From: a virus
Direction: 5' to 3' (one strand)
DNA: 35,895 nt
Virus record (IMG/VR): IMGVR_UViG_3300020191_000002
Part shown: piece by piece, positions 16,771-26,019 of the stretch
Layout of the letters: each line of letters opens with the position of its first letter
How positions within the stretch are numbered: the first letter of the stretch is position 1
Position numbers and translations under genes: made by a program
The notes under the pieces: generated by a model
What the model saw: only the letters and a program-made list of their open reading frames with translations
Told to the model about the DNA's origin: nothing
The model's database searches: none

Positions 16771-17530
16771 AGTACGATACCTTTTTATAATAAATTTAAT
16801 TTCACTAGTTTTACTTTTTAGTTTTGTTAATTTTACATTTTCCGCCATACTTTTAAGTTTGCTTATGTATTTTTTGTATGACTGTCTTGGAATTGTAGTA
16901 ACTAACCATAGGTATTGGGCGCATAGCAGTTTTAAATTTAAGAGCAGAGGTATAAAATACTTATTTTCTACTCTTGCATTATTATCAGGCACCGGAAGCT
17001 CATTAGGCTGGGCAGGAATACATAGAATCCATCACAAACATTCTGATAGCAAAGAGGACGATCCACACGACCCTTCGCGGGGTTTTATCAAGATGCTATT
17101 TTTAAGGTACTCGCTAAATGAAATGAAGATGGTTAGACAAGTATTACCACTATCCCGCGATCCTTATATTAAATACACTAATAGATATTGGGTTTTAATT
17201 ATTACAACGTATGTTGGATTGCTTTTATTGTTAGGGGGGTTTCAACTCTTATATTTTATGTTTATTATACCCTCTATTTTAGTAATGTTAGTACAGGCGC
17301 TTACAAACTACGTAAACCATCTTGATGTGGGCTATAAAAATCACACTATTAAAGATAACTCATGTAATTGCGTATGGTTGTCTCTAATTAATTGGGGAGA
17401 GGGGTGGCATAACAATCACCACGCTAATCCAGCAAAAAGCAATCTTCGTGAAAAGTGGTGGGAGTTAGACATCTCAGGAATGATTATAGATTTAATTAAA
17501 GTTAATAAAAAGGAAAACGAAAATGGCTAA
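16751..17530 (+). CDS. Membrane fatty-acid desaturase, Delta9 (stearoyl-CoA/acyl-lipid) type
   Basis: Histidine boxes HRYWAH, HRIHHKHSD..DPHD, NYVNH and GEGWHNNHHANP in canonical order. Hydrophobic hairpins lie before box 1 and between boxes 2 and 3. Confidence 0.85.
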   Translation: MNASLNKVRYLFIINLISLVLLFSFVNFTFSAILLSLLMYFLYDCLGIVVTNHRYWAHSSFKFKSRGIKYLFSTLALLSGTGSSLGWAGIHRIHHKHSDSKEDDPHDPSRGFIKMLFLRYSLNEMKMVRQVLPLSRDPYIKYTNRYWVLIITTYVGLLLLLGGFQLLYFMFIIPSILVMLVQALTNYVNHLDVGYKNHTIKDNSCNCVWLSLINWGEGWHNNHHANPAKSNLREKWWELDISGMIIDLIKVNKKENENG

Positions 17531-18497
17531 TGGTTTATTTTCAGGCAGTGGCAACAACGCACGTATGACACAGTTGTTGCTTCAGAAAGAACGTCAGGAT
17601 CGTATTCAGCAAGCAGGTGCTGGCATGGACCCCTTGGTTGCCACTGTTGCCAGAGCTACTCAGGGTATGCGTGAGAGCGTTGGAGACATAGCTGGTGGCA
17701 TAGGTGGTATGTTGACCGGAGAAGGTAGGCGTCTTGATCCTCGTATGGCGGCTGCGGTTAAGCTTGATAAAGACCGTGATGAAATGATGAAGCTTCTCAG
17801 TGGTTTTGCTGCTGACGGTAATATCACAGAAGAAGAAGCAAAGTTAGGATACACAGAGCTTGTTAAACGTGGGTATATGAATGAGGCTAAAGAGTTTCTT
17901 CAGCAAGCAGCATCCATGGGAACCATGAGAAGGGCCGAAACAGGACTTAAACTTCAACAGAAAGCAGATGTTAGGGCTGAAGCAGCGGCTGAACTGGCAC
18001 GAAAGAGGGCTGAGGCTGAAGCAGAGATGCGACCCCTCGAGAAACAAAAGAAAGAAGCGGAAATTAGGTTGTTGGAAAAAAGAATTGCTACGATGGGTAC
18101 AGGTGGGGACAAGTACAGTGAGCTTCGTGAATCCGAAAAAAAAGCCGTGGAAAAATACATAACAGATAACCCAGAGATTACAAAGGCATTTGATTCAAGA
18201 TTTAAAGACAACGTTGGATCAACATTTGGGAAACCCAATGAAGAAAACATTCGAGCTGTTGTCGAAACGATGGCAAAACTTAGAACTCAAAAAGCTTACA
18301 AAGGTAAATCAACACTAGAACTTCTTAAGATAATTCTTGGGTCTTCTCAAGCTCCCGCTGCAAAAACAGGTGGGGGAAGAACTTTTGAAAAACCGCCTAC
18401 TATTGGAGCGCCTCGACCAGCAGCAATGCCTCAAGGTTCCTTTAGCACTTCTACGGGTGGGATAAACAGCCCAATGCCAAAACCATCATCAAGGTAA
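17523..18497 (+). CDS. Putative internal virion protein (coiled-coil, 324 aa)
   Basis: ATGGCTAA overlap with the desaturase stop. Charged helical centre. Confidence 0.35.
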   Translation: MANGLFSGSGNNARMTQLLLQKERQDRIQQAGAGMDPLVATVARATQGMRESVGDIAGGIGGMLTGEGRRLDPRMAAAVKLDKDRDEMMKLLSGFAADGNITEEEAKLGYTELVKRGYMNEAKEFLQQAASMGTMRRAETGLKLQQKADVRAEAAAELARKRAEAEAEMRPLEKQKKEAEIRLLEKRIATMGTGGDKYSELRESEKKAVEKYITDNPEITKAFDSRFKDNVGSTFGKPNEENIRAVVETMAKLRTQKAYKGKSTLELLKIILGSSQAPAAKTGGGRTFEKPPTIGAPRPAAMPQGSFSTSTGGINSPMPKPSSR

Positions 18498-18503
18498 TCA
18501 AAT

Positions 18504-21371
18504 ATGGCTAATTATGTAATTACCCTAGAAGACATAAGAAACACTACTCAGTATCAGGAGTATCGTGTTCAGCCGGGAGACGAGATAGACGAAGAAGGGA
18601 ATCTTATCCGAAAGTTTTCTGAGGATCAGGAGCCTTCTCCAGTAGGCTTGTCCTTGACTGCTGAGGATATCGCTGCAAATCCTTGGATGCAAGAGGAGGG
18701 CGTTGAACCCGGCGATAGATACACCGAAGACAAAGGAATTATCAAGGACAGGTCCGGCTCTACATGGGAGCAGTTCAAATATCATTATGATAAAAGTGAT
18801 GGTCTGATGGGCTATGCTTTGGACGCAGCTACTATAGCAACTGGCTATGATTTCTGGTTGGATGGAGATGTCAATGAAAACTATGGCGAAGGTTTTGATA
18901 AAGCTACTCCTGCCGAAAGACGGGAGATGCTGTACAGGGCAAAGGAACGTCTTCTCTTAGAAGAGTACGGATATGATTTTACTCCAGATGAAAGCAACAT
19001 AGGTGCTACACTAGGTGGAATAGCTGGGGATATTACTGATCCCTCTATTCTACTACCTTTTACCAAAGGAGTTAAAGGTGCTTTTGTAGGGGGTGCTGGC
19101 TTAGGAGCGGCATACAGTGGTCTGGAGGACTACTCTAAGACAGGTGAGGTAGACCCCGGTAAGATGGCGGTGATGACCGTTGCTGGCGGCGCGTTTGCCG
19201 GTGGAGCCAGTGTTGTTGGAAAGAAACTAGCTGACAGGACTGCCCGTAAGACGGTGGCTAAGGTGCAGAAGACAGTCAACAATGAACTGGCATCTCCGTG
19301 GGGAAGCTTGTCTGCTGAGTCACTTCCACGTCTTGCTGCTCAAGCAGGGGTTTCTGAGCGTAAGTTTATAAACTCGCTGGACAGAACTAAGATGAAGCCT
19401 GAAGACTTAATAGAGGCTGCTGTTCCTGAGTTCTCTAGGTCTAAGGCAATCACAAAAGATAGTGCAGCGTCTAGGTTCTACAGCCCCGGTGCAGATAAAG
19501 TTCTTGGCATTCTTTCCACACAGTTGAGTAACATCTCGCCAGTTATGGCTGCTAGACTTCGTAGATTTGAATACGGAACAATAAATGGCACTAAAGAGTA
19601 TATGGCTCGGATTCGACCTTTTCAGCAGGAGATGAAGTCTCTTGGCAATAGTCCTCTAAAAAAGGAAATTGCAAGGGAGCTTGCTAATGCAGAGACTAAA
19701 GGTTTTTCCAGAGTAGAAGAACTTATGTCTCGCGTTAGTGATACAATGTTTACAAACTTTCAAGAAGTCAGAAAAGTTCTTGATGAGTTGAAACCTGTTA
19801 TTGGTATCGGAGACGAAAAGGGTCTTGTTAATTATTTTCCCCGCCTTGTCAAAGATAAAGAGGGACTCTTCAAAGCTCTGGATACTGGAAACCCTAGACA
19901 TGCTGGACCTTTTAAAGCTGCTCAAGCTGCCTATGCAAAAGAGAAGAAGATTAAAGTAGAGGACATACCTCTTGCTATAAGGGAGTCAATTAACAATGCC
20001 GTACTTAGAGGACGCGCTGCTGGCATTGACACCCCCGGCCCTAGTTTCCTTAAGAGCCGAAGCGTTGATGTAGATAATTCCTTGCTTCCTTTCTATGCAG
20101 AGCCAGAAGCAGCGATAGAAAACTATGTTCGTGGAGCCATCAACTATAATGAACGTAATAAATTTTTCGGTGTAGGAAAGAAAAGAAAAGACGGTACGCT
20201 TATTTCTCCGCCTTTGAAACCGGATGGAACTATTGATCTTGAAGGTTCAATAGGTTCCTTTGTAGAAAGAGAACTAACTGGCCTGTCTCCCGTGGATCAG
20301 CAGAAAGCTATTGATTTGCTTAAGGCTAGGTTTGTTCAAGGGGAAACACCGCTAGGCAGGGTAGCCGCCACTGTCAAAGAAGCTGGCTATCTGTATACCA
20401 TAGCAAAACCTCTTTCTGCTCTAGTTCAGATGGGTGACCTTGCAGTTACAGCAGCACTGAAGGGGGCGTCCAACACGTTCATGTCTCTCATGCTGCCTAA
20501 GAAAGTAAAGCTTTCACAGATCATGGATGACCAGATATCCAGAGAGTTTAACGATCCAAGCGTACTTTCGAAAGCTTTGGAGACTACGTTTAAAGCTTCT
20601 GGATTTAAGTTTGTTGATAGGCTTTCTAAAGAAACTACAGTAAACGCTGCTTACCGTTCTAACCGAAAAGCCGTGCGTACTCCAAAAGGTGAGCAAGCCT
20701 TTAGAGATAAATGGAAGAATACTTTTCCTGATAACATGGACAATGTTGTAGACGATCTTAAAAACAAAAGAGTTACTGAAGATATTAAATTTCTTTTGTT
20801 TAACGAGCTTGCCGATCTACAGCCTATTACTCTTTCTGAGCTTCCTCCCGTTTACCTTACAGCGGGAAACTATAGGCTTGTGTACATGCTAAAATCTTTT
20901 ACACTTAAACAGGCAGACATTGTACGCCGCAATGTTATTCAGGAATACAACAAAGGAAACAAAGCCAAAGCTGCCATGACCGCTATTAGGCTTGGTGCAT
21001 ACCTCAGTGCTTCCGGTGTAGGCATTGATCAGGTAAAGAAAATTATGTCGGGGCAAGAGCTTTCGCGTGTAGAGGATTTGCCAGGTGAAGCACTGTGGGC
21101 CATTCTCAGCATCTACGGTTTAAGCAAGTACACTTCAGAAAAATATCTGCAAAGGGGCGAGGTGACACAGGCCTTTGCCAATACTCTCGCTCCCCCTCTT
21201 ACTCTTCTGGACAACATTGTTAAAGGTGGAATTGACTTGAATGCAGAAGACACAGAAACAACTAAGATTCTAAGAACTATACCCGGCTACGGTAACCTTG
21301 CATATATGTGGTTTGGTGGGGGTGCTGAGAAAGCTATGGAGCGGAAAGAAAGGGAAAGGGCATCTGAGTAA
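18504..21371 (+). CDS. Large putative internal virion / ejection protein (955 aa)
   Basis: Largest ORF in the window, in the T7 gp15/gp16-like position. No catalytic motif recognised. Confidence 0.4.
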   Translation: MANYVITLEDIRNTTQYQEYRVQPGDEIDEEGNLIRKFSEDQEPSPVGLSLTAEDIAANPWMQEEGVEPGDRYTEDKGIIKDRSGSTWEQFKYHYDKSDGLMGYALDAATIATGYDFWLDGDVNENYGEGFDKATPAERREMLYRAKERLLLEEYGYDFTPDESNIGATLGGIAGDITDPSILLPFTKGVKGAFVGGAGLGAAYSGLEDYSKTGEVDPGKMAVMTVAGGAFAGGASVVGKKLADRTARKTVAKVQKTVNNELASPWGSLSAESLPRLAAQAGVSERKFINSLDRTKMKPEDLIEAAVPEFSRSKAITKDSAASRFYSPGADKVLGILSTQLSNISPVMAARLRRFEYGTINGTKEYMARIRPFQQEMKSLGNSPLKKEIARELANAETKGFSRVEELMSRVSDTMFTNFQEVRKVLDELKPVIGIGDEKGLVNYFPRLVKDKEGLFKALDTGNPRHAGPFKAAQAAYAKEKKIKVEDIPLAIRESINNAVLRGRAAGIDTPGPSFLKSRSVDVDNSLLPFYAEPEAAIENYVRGAINYNERNKFFGVGKKRKDGTLISPPLKPDGTIDLEGSIGSFVERELTGLSPVDQQKAIDLLKARFVQGETPLGRVAATVKEAGYLYTIAKPLSALVQMGDLAVTAALKGASNTFMSLMLPKKVKLSQIMDDQISREFNDPSVLSKALETTFKASGFKFVDRLSKETTVNAAYRSNRKAVRTPKGEQAFRDKWKNTFPDNMDNVVDDLKNKRVTEDIKFLLFNELADLQPITLSELPPVYLTAGNYRLVYMLKSFTLKQADIVRRNVIQEYNKGNKAKAAMTAIRLGAYLSASGVGIDQVKKIMSGQELSRVEDLPGEALWAILSIYGLSKYTSEKYLQRGEVTQAFANTLAPPLTLLDNIVKGGIDLNAEDTETTKILRTIPGYGNLAYMWFGGGAEKAMERKERERASE

Positions 21372-23134
21372 TGGGCATGTTTGATAGAATTACTAAGTCT
21401 ATTAGGGACGAGCTACTTCAAACTAGCTCCCCTCCTGCTATAGACGCACTGATAGGAGGCCTACTTACCAAAGAGGCTGCAAAGGGGATGTTCAATGACA
21501 TGTCTACTTTGGACAAGGCTGCTCTTGTAACGTCTCCAGTACCTTATGTTGGTACTGCTACAGGCGTGGCTGCAGATTCAGTAGCTATGGCTAAAGACCC
21601 TTCTGTTCTTAACGCGGCTGCAATAGGTACTAACTTTGTTCCGTTTGCCAGAGGCTTAAGATTTCTTGGGGATGCTTCTAGACCTGCCCGTGAGTATTTT
21701 GCAGACAAGGCTCTTGAGGGTTTAGAAAATGTTCCTAATTATGTAAGGGGTTTCTATGGAAGTCCTCTTGCTGGACTATTTGGTTTGTCCGAATCTGCTG
21801 TTAAGGGAATTGCCAATGTAGCGGAACAACGGTTAAGTCCCCAAGCAAGAGCAAACATAAGAGAGGGAGGGGTTCCTGTTAATCTTAAACGAGTGTCTCA
21901 ACAAGAGCTTAACAAGTATGACAAGATTCCATCAAAAATTGAAAAGCTAGAAAATAAACTTTTGCAGCCGGGTCTTACGGGAAAGCAGCAAAATAAAATT
22001 ACTGAGAAAATTAGAACACTTAGTACGGAAAGATCAACAGCCCTTAAAAAAGTGATGGGTCAGGCAAACGCTAACAAGTTGTATTACGAACAGTACGACA
22101 GGCAGCAGCCTAAGTTCTTAGCTGCTCTTGATGGCCTAGACTTTAGAGGTTTTTCTGATCTAAGTTCTAAATCATATTATGATCTTGTAAAAGGGTCTAC
22201 TGATCTTTCAAAAGGAGAGGCCGATACAGCTTTCAGGGAGATAAAGAAGGCGTGGAATGTAAACCCTGAAAAAAACTATCGCATGGCTCTTAGAAATCCA
22301 AGTACAGGAGCATCTGGAAAACTCATAGACCCTGTAAGGGCGGGAAGAAAAGACCCGTTTGGTGGTGTAAACAGAGAGCAGCTTGCTTCTGTCTTTCAAG
22401 GAGGTACTTTCACAAGCAATAGGAATCTTCTCAAGGCACTTGAGAACGCACCTGATCTGAAGAAGCCTGTGAAAAGCAAAGCAAAAATAGCAGAGCTTAG
22501 AAAGGAAAATAAAATTGTAATGAGAGACGGTGTTGCTTACGAGAAACTTCCTATTAAGATAAGAAACAAAGCCGGTGTGTTAAAAGACAACGAAGCTCCT
22601 ATAATCATGGGCAGTATGAGAAGTGATGCCGTTGAGCTAGGAGGGGTAAACTACGCTACTACTATCAAACCCAACGGTAGAATGATTGTAATGGTTTCGG
22701 ATGAAAACGATCTGCTGAACGTACCTCTTTCTAAACTTAATAAAATTACAGGTGGTAAAACAAATATCAAAGACACTGCCATTAAAGCTCCTCTTGCTAA
22801 GAGCCGTATGATAACTACTGTAACTCCTTTTGAGTTTGACCTTGCAAAGATTGCTAAGGGAGAACAGGGTGTGGTTGAGAGAAGTATGCCAAGGGCAGAA
22901 GGTGTCGGGCAGAAAGTGGAAGCAGCCATGTCCGCAGGACTTCCAGTTTCCGGTAGAAAAGTAGGGGCTGGCTCTGGTAGTGCTAGTAAAGCAAACCTCA
23001 GAACAGCAGAAGCTCTAGCCAATTACAAAGCTCCTATTAGAAATGAAGATATACTAGCTGCAGGATTAGCCCAAGCTAAGGTTGCCGCATTGGCTGGTAA
23101 ACCCTTAGTTAGACAACAGCAAGAGGAAGAATAA
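21371..23134 (+). CDS. Putative internal virion protein (587 aa)
   Basis: TAATG coupling. Call rests on position only. Confidence 0.35.
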   Translation: MGMFDRITKSIRDELLQTSSPPAIDALIGGLLTKEAAKGMFNDMSTLDKAALVTSPVPYVGTATGVAADSVAMAKDPSVLNAAAIGTNFVPFARGLRFLGDASRPAREYFADKALEGLENVPNYVRGFYGSPLAGLFGLSESAVKGIANVAEQRLSPQARANIREGGVPVNLKRVSQQELNKYDKIPSKIEKLENKLLQPGLTGKQQNKITEKIRTLSTERSTALKKVMGQANANKLYYEQYDRQQPKFLAALDGLDFRGFSDLSSKSYYDLVKGSTDLSKGEADTAFREIKKAWNVNPEKNYRMALRNPSTGASGKLIDPVRAGRKDPFGGVNREQLASVFQGGTFTSNRNLLKALENAPDLKKPVKSKAKIAELRKENKIVMRDGVAYEKLPIKIRNKAGVLKDNEAPIIMGSMRSDAVELGGVNYATTIKPNGRMIVMVSDENDLLNVPLSKLNKITGGKTNIKDTAIKAPLAKSRMITTVTPFEFDLAKIAKGEQGVVERSMPRAEGVGQKVEAAMSAGLPVSGRKVGAGSGSASKANLRTAEALANYKAPIRNEDILAAGLAQAKVAALAGKPLVRQQQEEE

Positions 23135-23313
23135 TGGCACAATCTAAATCAATACCCAAAGACCCATCTAAGTGGTCACAGGCAAAGGCCAAAGCTAAAC
23201 GAAAGTTCAAGGTGTACCCATCTGCCTATGCAAACGCTTGGGCTGCTAAGGAATACAAAAGAATGGGAGGCTCTTGGAAGGGTGCTGACAACCGTGTAAA
23301 GAGGAAATCATAA
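23134..23313 (+). CDS. Small basic protein (59 aa)
   Basis: Hand-translated. YPSAYANAWAAKEYKRMGGSW motif recalls a conserved small viral family (from memory). TAATG coupling at both ends. Confidence 0.6.
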   Translation: MAQSKSIPKDPSKWSQAKAKAKRKFKVYPSAYANAWAAKEYKRMGGSWKGADNRVKRKS

Positions 23314-23489
23314 TGGCTAAAGGAATGAAGCACTACTTCAGAGACGGGAAAGAACACAAGGGTGGTATGCATAAGATGCCCAATGGTCAGCTACACTCAG
23401 GTAAAACTCATGGTAAAACCAGCCAACGTTTGTATCACTTCAAAGACCTATCGAAGACTGCTAAGATGAAGGCTAAGAAGAATGGCTAA
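23313..23489 (+). CDS. Small basic His/Lys-rich protein (58 aa)
   Basis: Hand-translated: MAKGMKHYFRDGKEHKGGMHKMPNGQLHSGKTHGKTSQRLYHF... Coupled starts and stops. Confidence 0.55.
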   Translation: MAKGMKHYFRDGKEHKGGMHKMPNGQLHSGKTHGKTSQRLYHFKDLSKTAKMKAKKNG

Positions 23490-23697
23490 GGGTGGTCTTG
23501 GTAAATGGTTTGGTGAGGAATGGACTGACGTTAAGACAGGTAAGCCTTGTGGTCGAAGCGGTAAGAACGACAAGAGAGCTTACCCTGCCTGTAGACCTAA
23601 GTCTGTAGCCTCCCGTATTTCTAAAATGGAAGCTAGTAAAAAGACCGGCCCAAGCAGAGTAAGCTGGTCTGTCACTCCATCAGGGAAGAAGTCTTAA
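23482..23697 (+). CDS. Small basic protein (71 aa)
   Basis: GLGKWFGEEWTDVKTGKPCGR...YPACRPK pattern. Its 3' end overlaps the convergent leftward ORF by 26 nt. Confidence 0.6.
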   Translation: MAKGGLGKWFGEEWTDVKTGKPCGRSGKNDKRAYPACRPKSVASRISKMEASKKTGPSRVSWSVTPSGKKS

Positions 23698-23857
23698 CCC
23701 TTTCGAGAACTCTTGCCTTCTCAAGTTCTGTATAGGTCATCCAATCTGCAATCTCCTCTTGCGTTCTCAGACAACCTATACAGATCATGTTGTGTGTCCT
23801 GTTCTCTAGCTGACACACGTTCACACAGGGACTCTTAGACTCCACAACTTCCGCCAT
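23672..23857 (-). CDS. DUF1289-like Cys-rich (putative Fe-S) protein
   Basis: SPCVNVCQL....CIGCLRTQEEIADW pattern. Start chosen at MAEVV (23857), 23 nt inside the RNR 3' end. Confidence 0.6.
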   Translation of the reverse strand: MAEVVESKSPCVNVCQLENRTHNMICIGCLRTQEEIADWMTYTELEKARVLERVKTSSLME

Positions 23858-25517
23858 GTCCTGTGATGTCACAGATGTCATGTGTCTCCAATCCCTCTTC
23901 AAACTCCTCACCGAGCTTGTCTACAGCCTCGCTATAGGACACTGAAGATAGAGGCTGTCCGCCCCTGCATCCATCAGGGTACACCGTGAAGCCTCGCAGC
24001 CTGTGAGCGTAACTAGCAAGGGTATTAGCAAAGTCCTCCACCGTGTCCTCGTTGTTAAGCTTGCTTCCCCACTCTGGCAGGTTGATCGTGCTGCTGATGG
24101 ACATATCAACATAGTCCTGTACGTCAGCTTGGAACTTCATCCGACGCTTGTAGTCACTCGCTAGGTCCAAGGCAGACTCAATGCCATCAGGTTTCACACC
24201 GTACAGATCAATGATCTCCTGTGCTGCACTGTCTACAACGTACTGATAGTGCCACTTGTTACCGCCTTTGAGATACCTGCGCTTGTAGGCAACAGCAAAG
24301 ATAGGCTCAACACCAGTAGAAGTACCAGCAAGAATACCAATGCTGCCAGTAGGAGCGATAGCCCTATTAGCAACAGGACGGGTAACGCCAAACTCATCAG
24401 CAGTTTCTCTGCTAACCTTATCACTGACACCTTTGTATACTGATAGCCACTGGTGAAGTTCATCTGTGACTTCATACTTCTGACCTTTCTTAATTAACCA
24501 TTCATGCATACCCATCAGACCAAGGCCAAGTCTACGGTTCTTCTCGCGTGTCTCATAGACCTTCTCATAAGGCAGCTTTGCTTTCATAGTACCACACATC
24601 AGGAACTTGGTTGCTAGTTCTACGGTCTGGCTGAACTCCTTAAGGCTACTGATGCGTCCCATGTTGATAGAACCAAGGTTGCACACGTCGCTATCGTCAG
24701 CGGATGTCACCTCAGTGCAAGCGTTGCGGAGTGTCTCATCTTCCTTATCAAAGAAGTTAAAACTAAACCCCGGTTCAGCAGTCTTCAGAGCCTGTCTGAC
24801 GTTAGTCGTAAACGTCTCACCTACTTCCCCTGTCTTCCAGTAATTCAATAGCCACTCTGTGTCATAGTTGACACTGATGTTTGTCATGTCCAGTGGTGCC
24901 GCGAAGTTGAAGTCCTGTTCTTTGACCTGACCTATGCTGAAACCTGTCTGGCCTACGTCCATATCGTACCAGTTCTTACTTGCCAAGAAGGCACCAATGT
25001 CACGGTGTTTCCAGTTCAGGCTGGCATAGATGGCAGACCTACGACTACCACCCTGCATAACCCTGCGACCAATTTCGTTCAGCATCTGCATCTTAGGTAT
25101 AGGTCCGCTGGATAGACCACCTGTCTTGCTCAGACCAGAACCTTCTGGACGATAGACCGAATAGTCCACACCGATACCACCGCCTGTCATCAGGCAGGAC
25201 TCAGCCTTCCAGCTAAGGTTGGCCCAATCTTCTCGGCTATCCTCTTCAGCCTTCAAGAGATAGCAGTTGTTGAAGAACTTGTTAGGACGGCCAGCGTAGT
25301 ACAGGTAGCGACCACCGGGTATGAACTTAAGTTCTCGTACCATCTCTGTAAGAGTACCTACCTCATCCTTCGTAAGGAGATCACCACATACATCATCAAC
25401 CAAGGTCTTAGCTAAGTCATGCCAAGTCATGCACCCTTCATGGGCATACTTGTGTTTGAAGATGTCTTCGCTAAACTTGGAGCGGAACATTGGATTCTCG
25501 TTAGATTTAAAAGTCAT
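23835..25517 (-). CDS. nrdJ: Ribonucleotide reductase, probably class II (B12-dependent)
   Basis: GGGIGVDYS..RP, GGSRRSA, NACTEV, CNLGSIN, APTGSIGILAGTSTGVEP and a C-terminal Cys pair (CDITGHGGSCGV). No beta subunit in the window. Confidence 0.7.
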   Translation of the reverse strand: MTFKSNENPMFRSKFSEDIFKHKYAHEGCMTWHDLAKTLVDDVCGDLLTKDEVGTLTEMVRELKFIPGGRYLYYAGRPNKFFNNCYLLKAEEDSREDWANLSWKAESCLMTGGGIGVDYSVYRPEGSGLSKTGGLSSGPIPKMQMLNEIGRRVMQGGSRRSAIYASLNWKHRDIGAFLASKNWYDMDVGQTGFSIGQVKEQDFNFAAPLDMTNISVNYDTEWLLNYWKTGEVGETFTTNVRQALKTAEPGFSFNFFDKEDETLRNACTEVTSADDSDVCNLGSINMGRISSLKEFSQTVELATKFLMCGTMKAKLPYEKVYETREKNRRLGLGLMGMHEWLIKKGQKYEVTDELHQWLSVYKGVSDKVSRETADEFGVTRPVANRAIAPTGSIGILAGTSTGVEPIFAVAYKRRYLKGGNKWHYQYVVDSAAQEIIDLYGVKPDGIESALDLASDYKRRMKFQADVQDYVDMSISSTINLPEWGSKLNNEDTVEDFANTLASYAHRLRGFTVYPDGCRGGQPLSSVSYSEAVDKLGEEFEEGLETHDICDITGHGGSCGV

Positions 25518-25528
25518 TGTTATTTTCC

Positions 25529-25732
25529 TTAGTGAACTGATGGTGCATGGGTGGCAAAGAAGTCGGCTTCCTGATTCATTTGAATAGCAAAGTCTTCAAG
25601 AGCTTCGATTACAAAGTACGTAAGACTCCTTTCATTCAACATTGCTAACTCTTTAAAAAGAATAACTACTTCTTCTGACAATCCTTCTTTTAAAAGCTCC
25701 GTCATGTATGCTTGTTCGATGTACTCATCCAT
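25529..25732 (-). CDS. Hypothetical protein (67 aa), possible ribbon-helix-helix
   Basis: Start at MDEY (25732), 8 nt after GGAGGA. SLTYFVIEALEDF resembles an RHH second helix (weak). Confidence 0.45.
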   Translation of the reverse strand: MDEYIEQAYMTELLKEGLSEEVVILFKELAMLNERSLTYFVIEALEDFAIQMNQEADFFATHAPSVH

Positions 25733-26018
25733 GAGGTTCGTCCTCCGTTGGGGTGACTGCTGACATCTCTGCTGCCAGTGCAGCGTAACCACATATATCA
25801 ATAAAGCTGTCGTCTTTGTATGTCTCCATGCACCTAGCTACCTTAACAAGTATCATCATAATAGCAACATCAGAGGCAGACAACTTAAGCTGATGATCAG
25901 TATAATTATTCCAGAACTCTGCAATTCTCATATGATTTAGAGTGGCATCTCCATAGTCTACTGCACGATCACCGTTGATAAGGTCGCTTGCTTCTGCAAG
26001 AATGTTGTCACGCTTCAT
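25725..26018 (-). CDS. DUF6378-like protein
   Basis: GDRAVDYGD....IAEFWN....L...DVAIMMILVKVAR pattern (from memory). Confidence 0.55.
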   Translation of the reverse strand: MKRDNILAEASDLINGDRAVDYGDATLNHMRIAEFWNNYTDHQLKLSASDVAIMMILVKVARCMETYKDDSFIDICGYAALAAEMSAVTPTEDEPHG

Positions 26019-26019
26019 T

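Noticed and set aside
23698-23740. Terminator hairpin after the last rightward gene
   Set aside because: Only an imperfect AGAAC..TTG/CAA..GTTCT stem with a bulge and no U-tract. It also lies inside the convergent DUF1289-like coding region.
23858-23911. Longer start for the DUF1289-like ORF
   Set aside because: It would overlap the RNR gene by 77 nt. The conserved Cys motif begins just after the Met at 23857. The choice of start remains uncertain.
23835-25517. Class I RNR alpha subunit
   Set aside because: It is only 560 aa with no ATP-cone, and there is no beta (NrdB) gene anywhere in the genome. Class II is more likely but unproven without a search.
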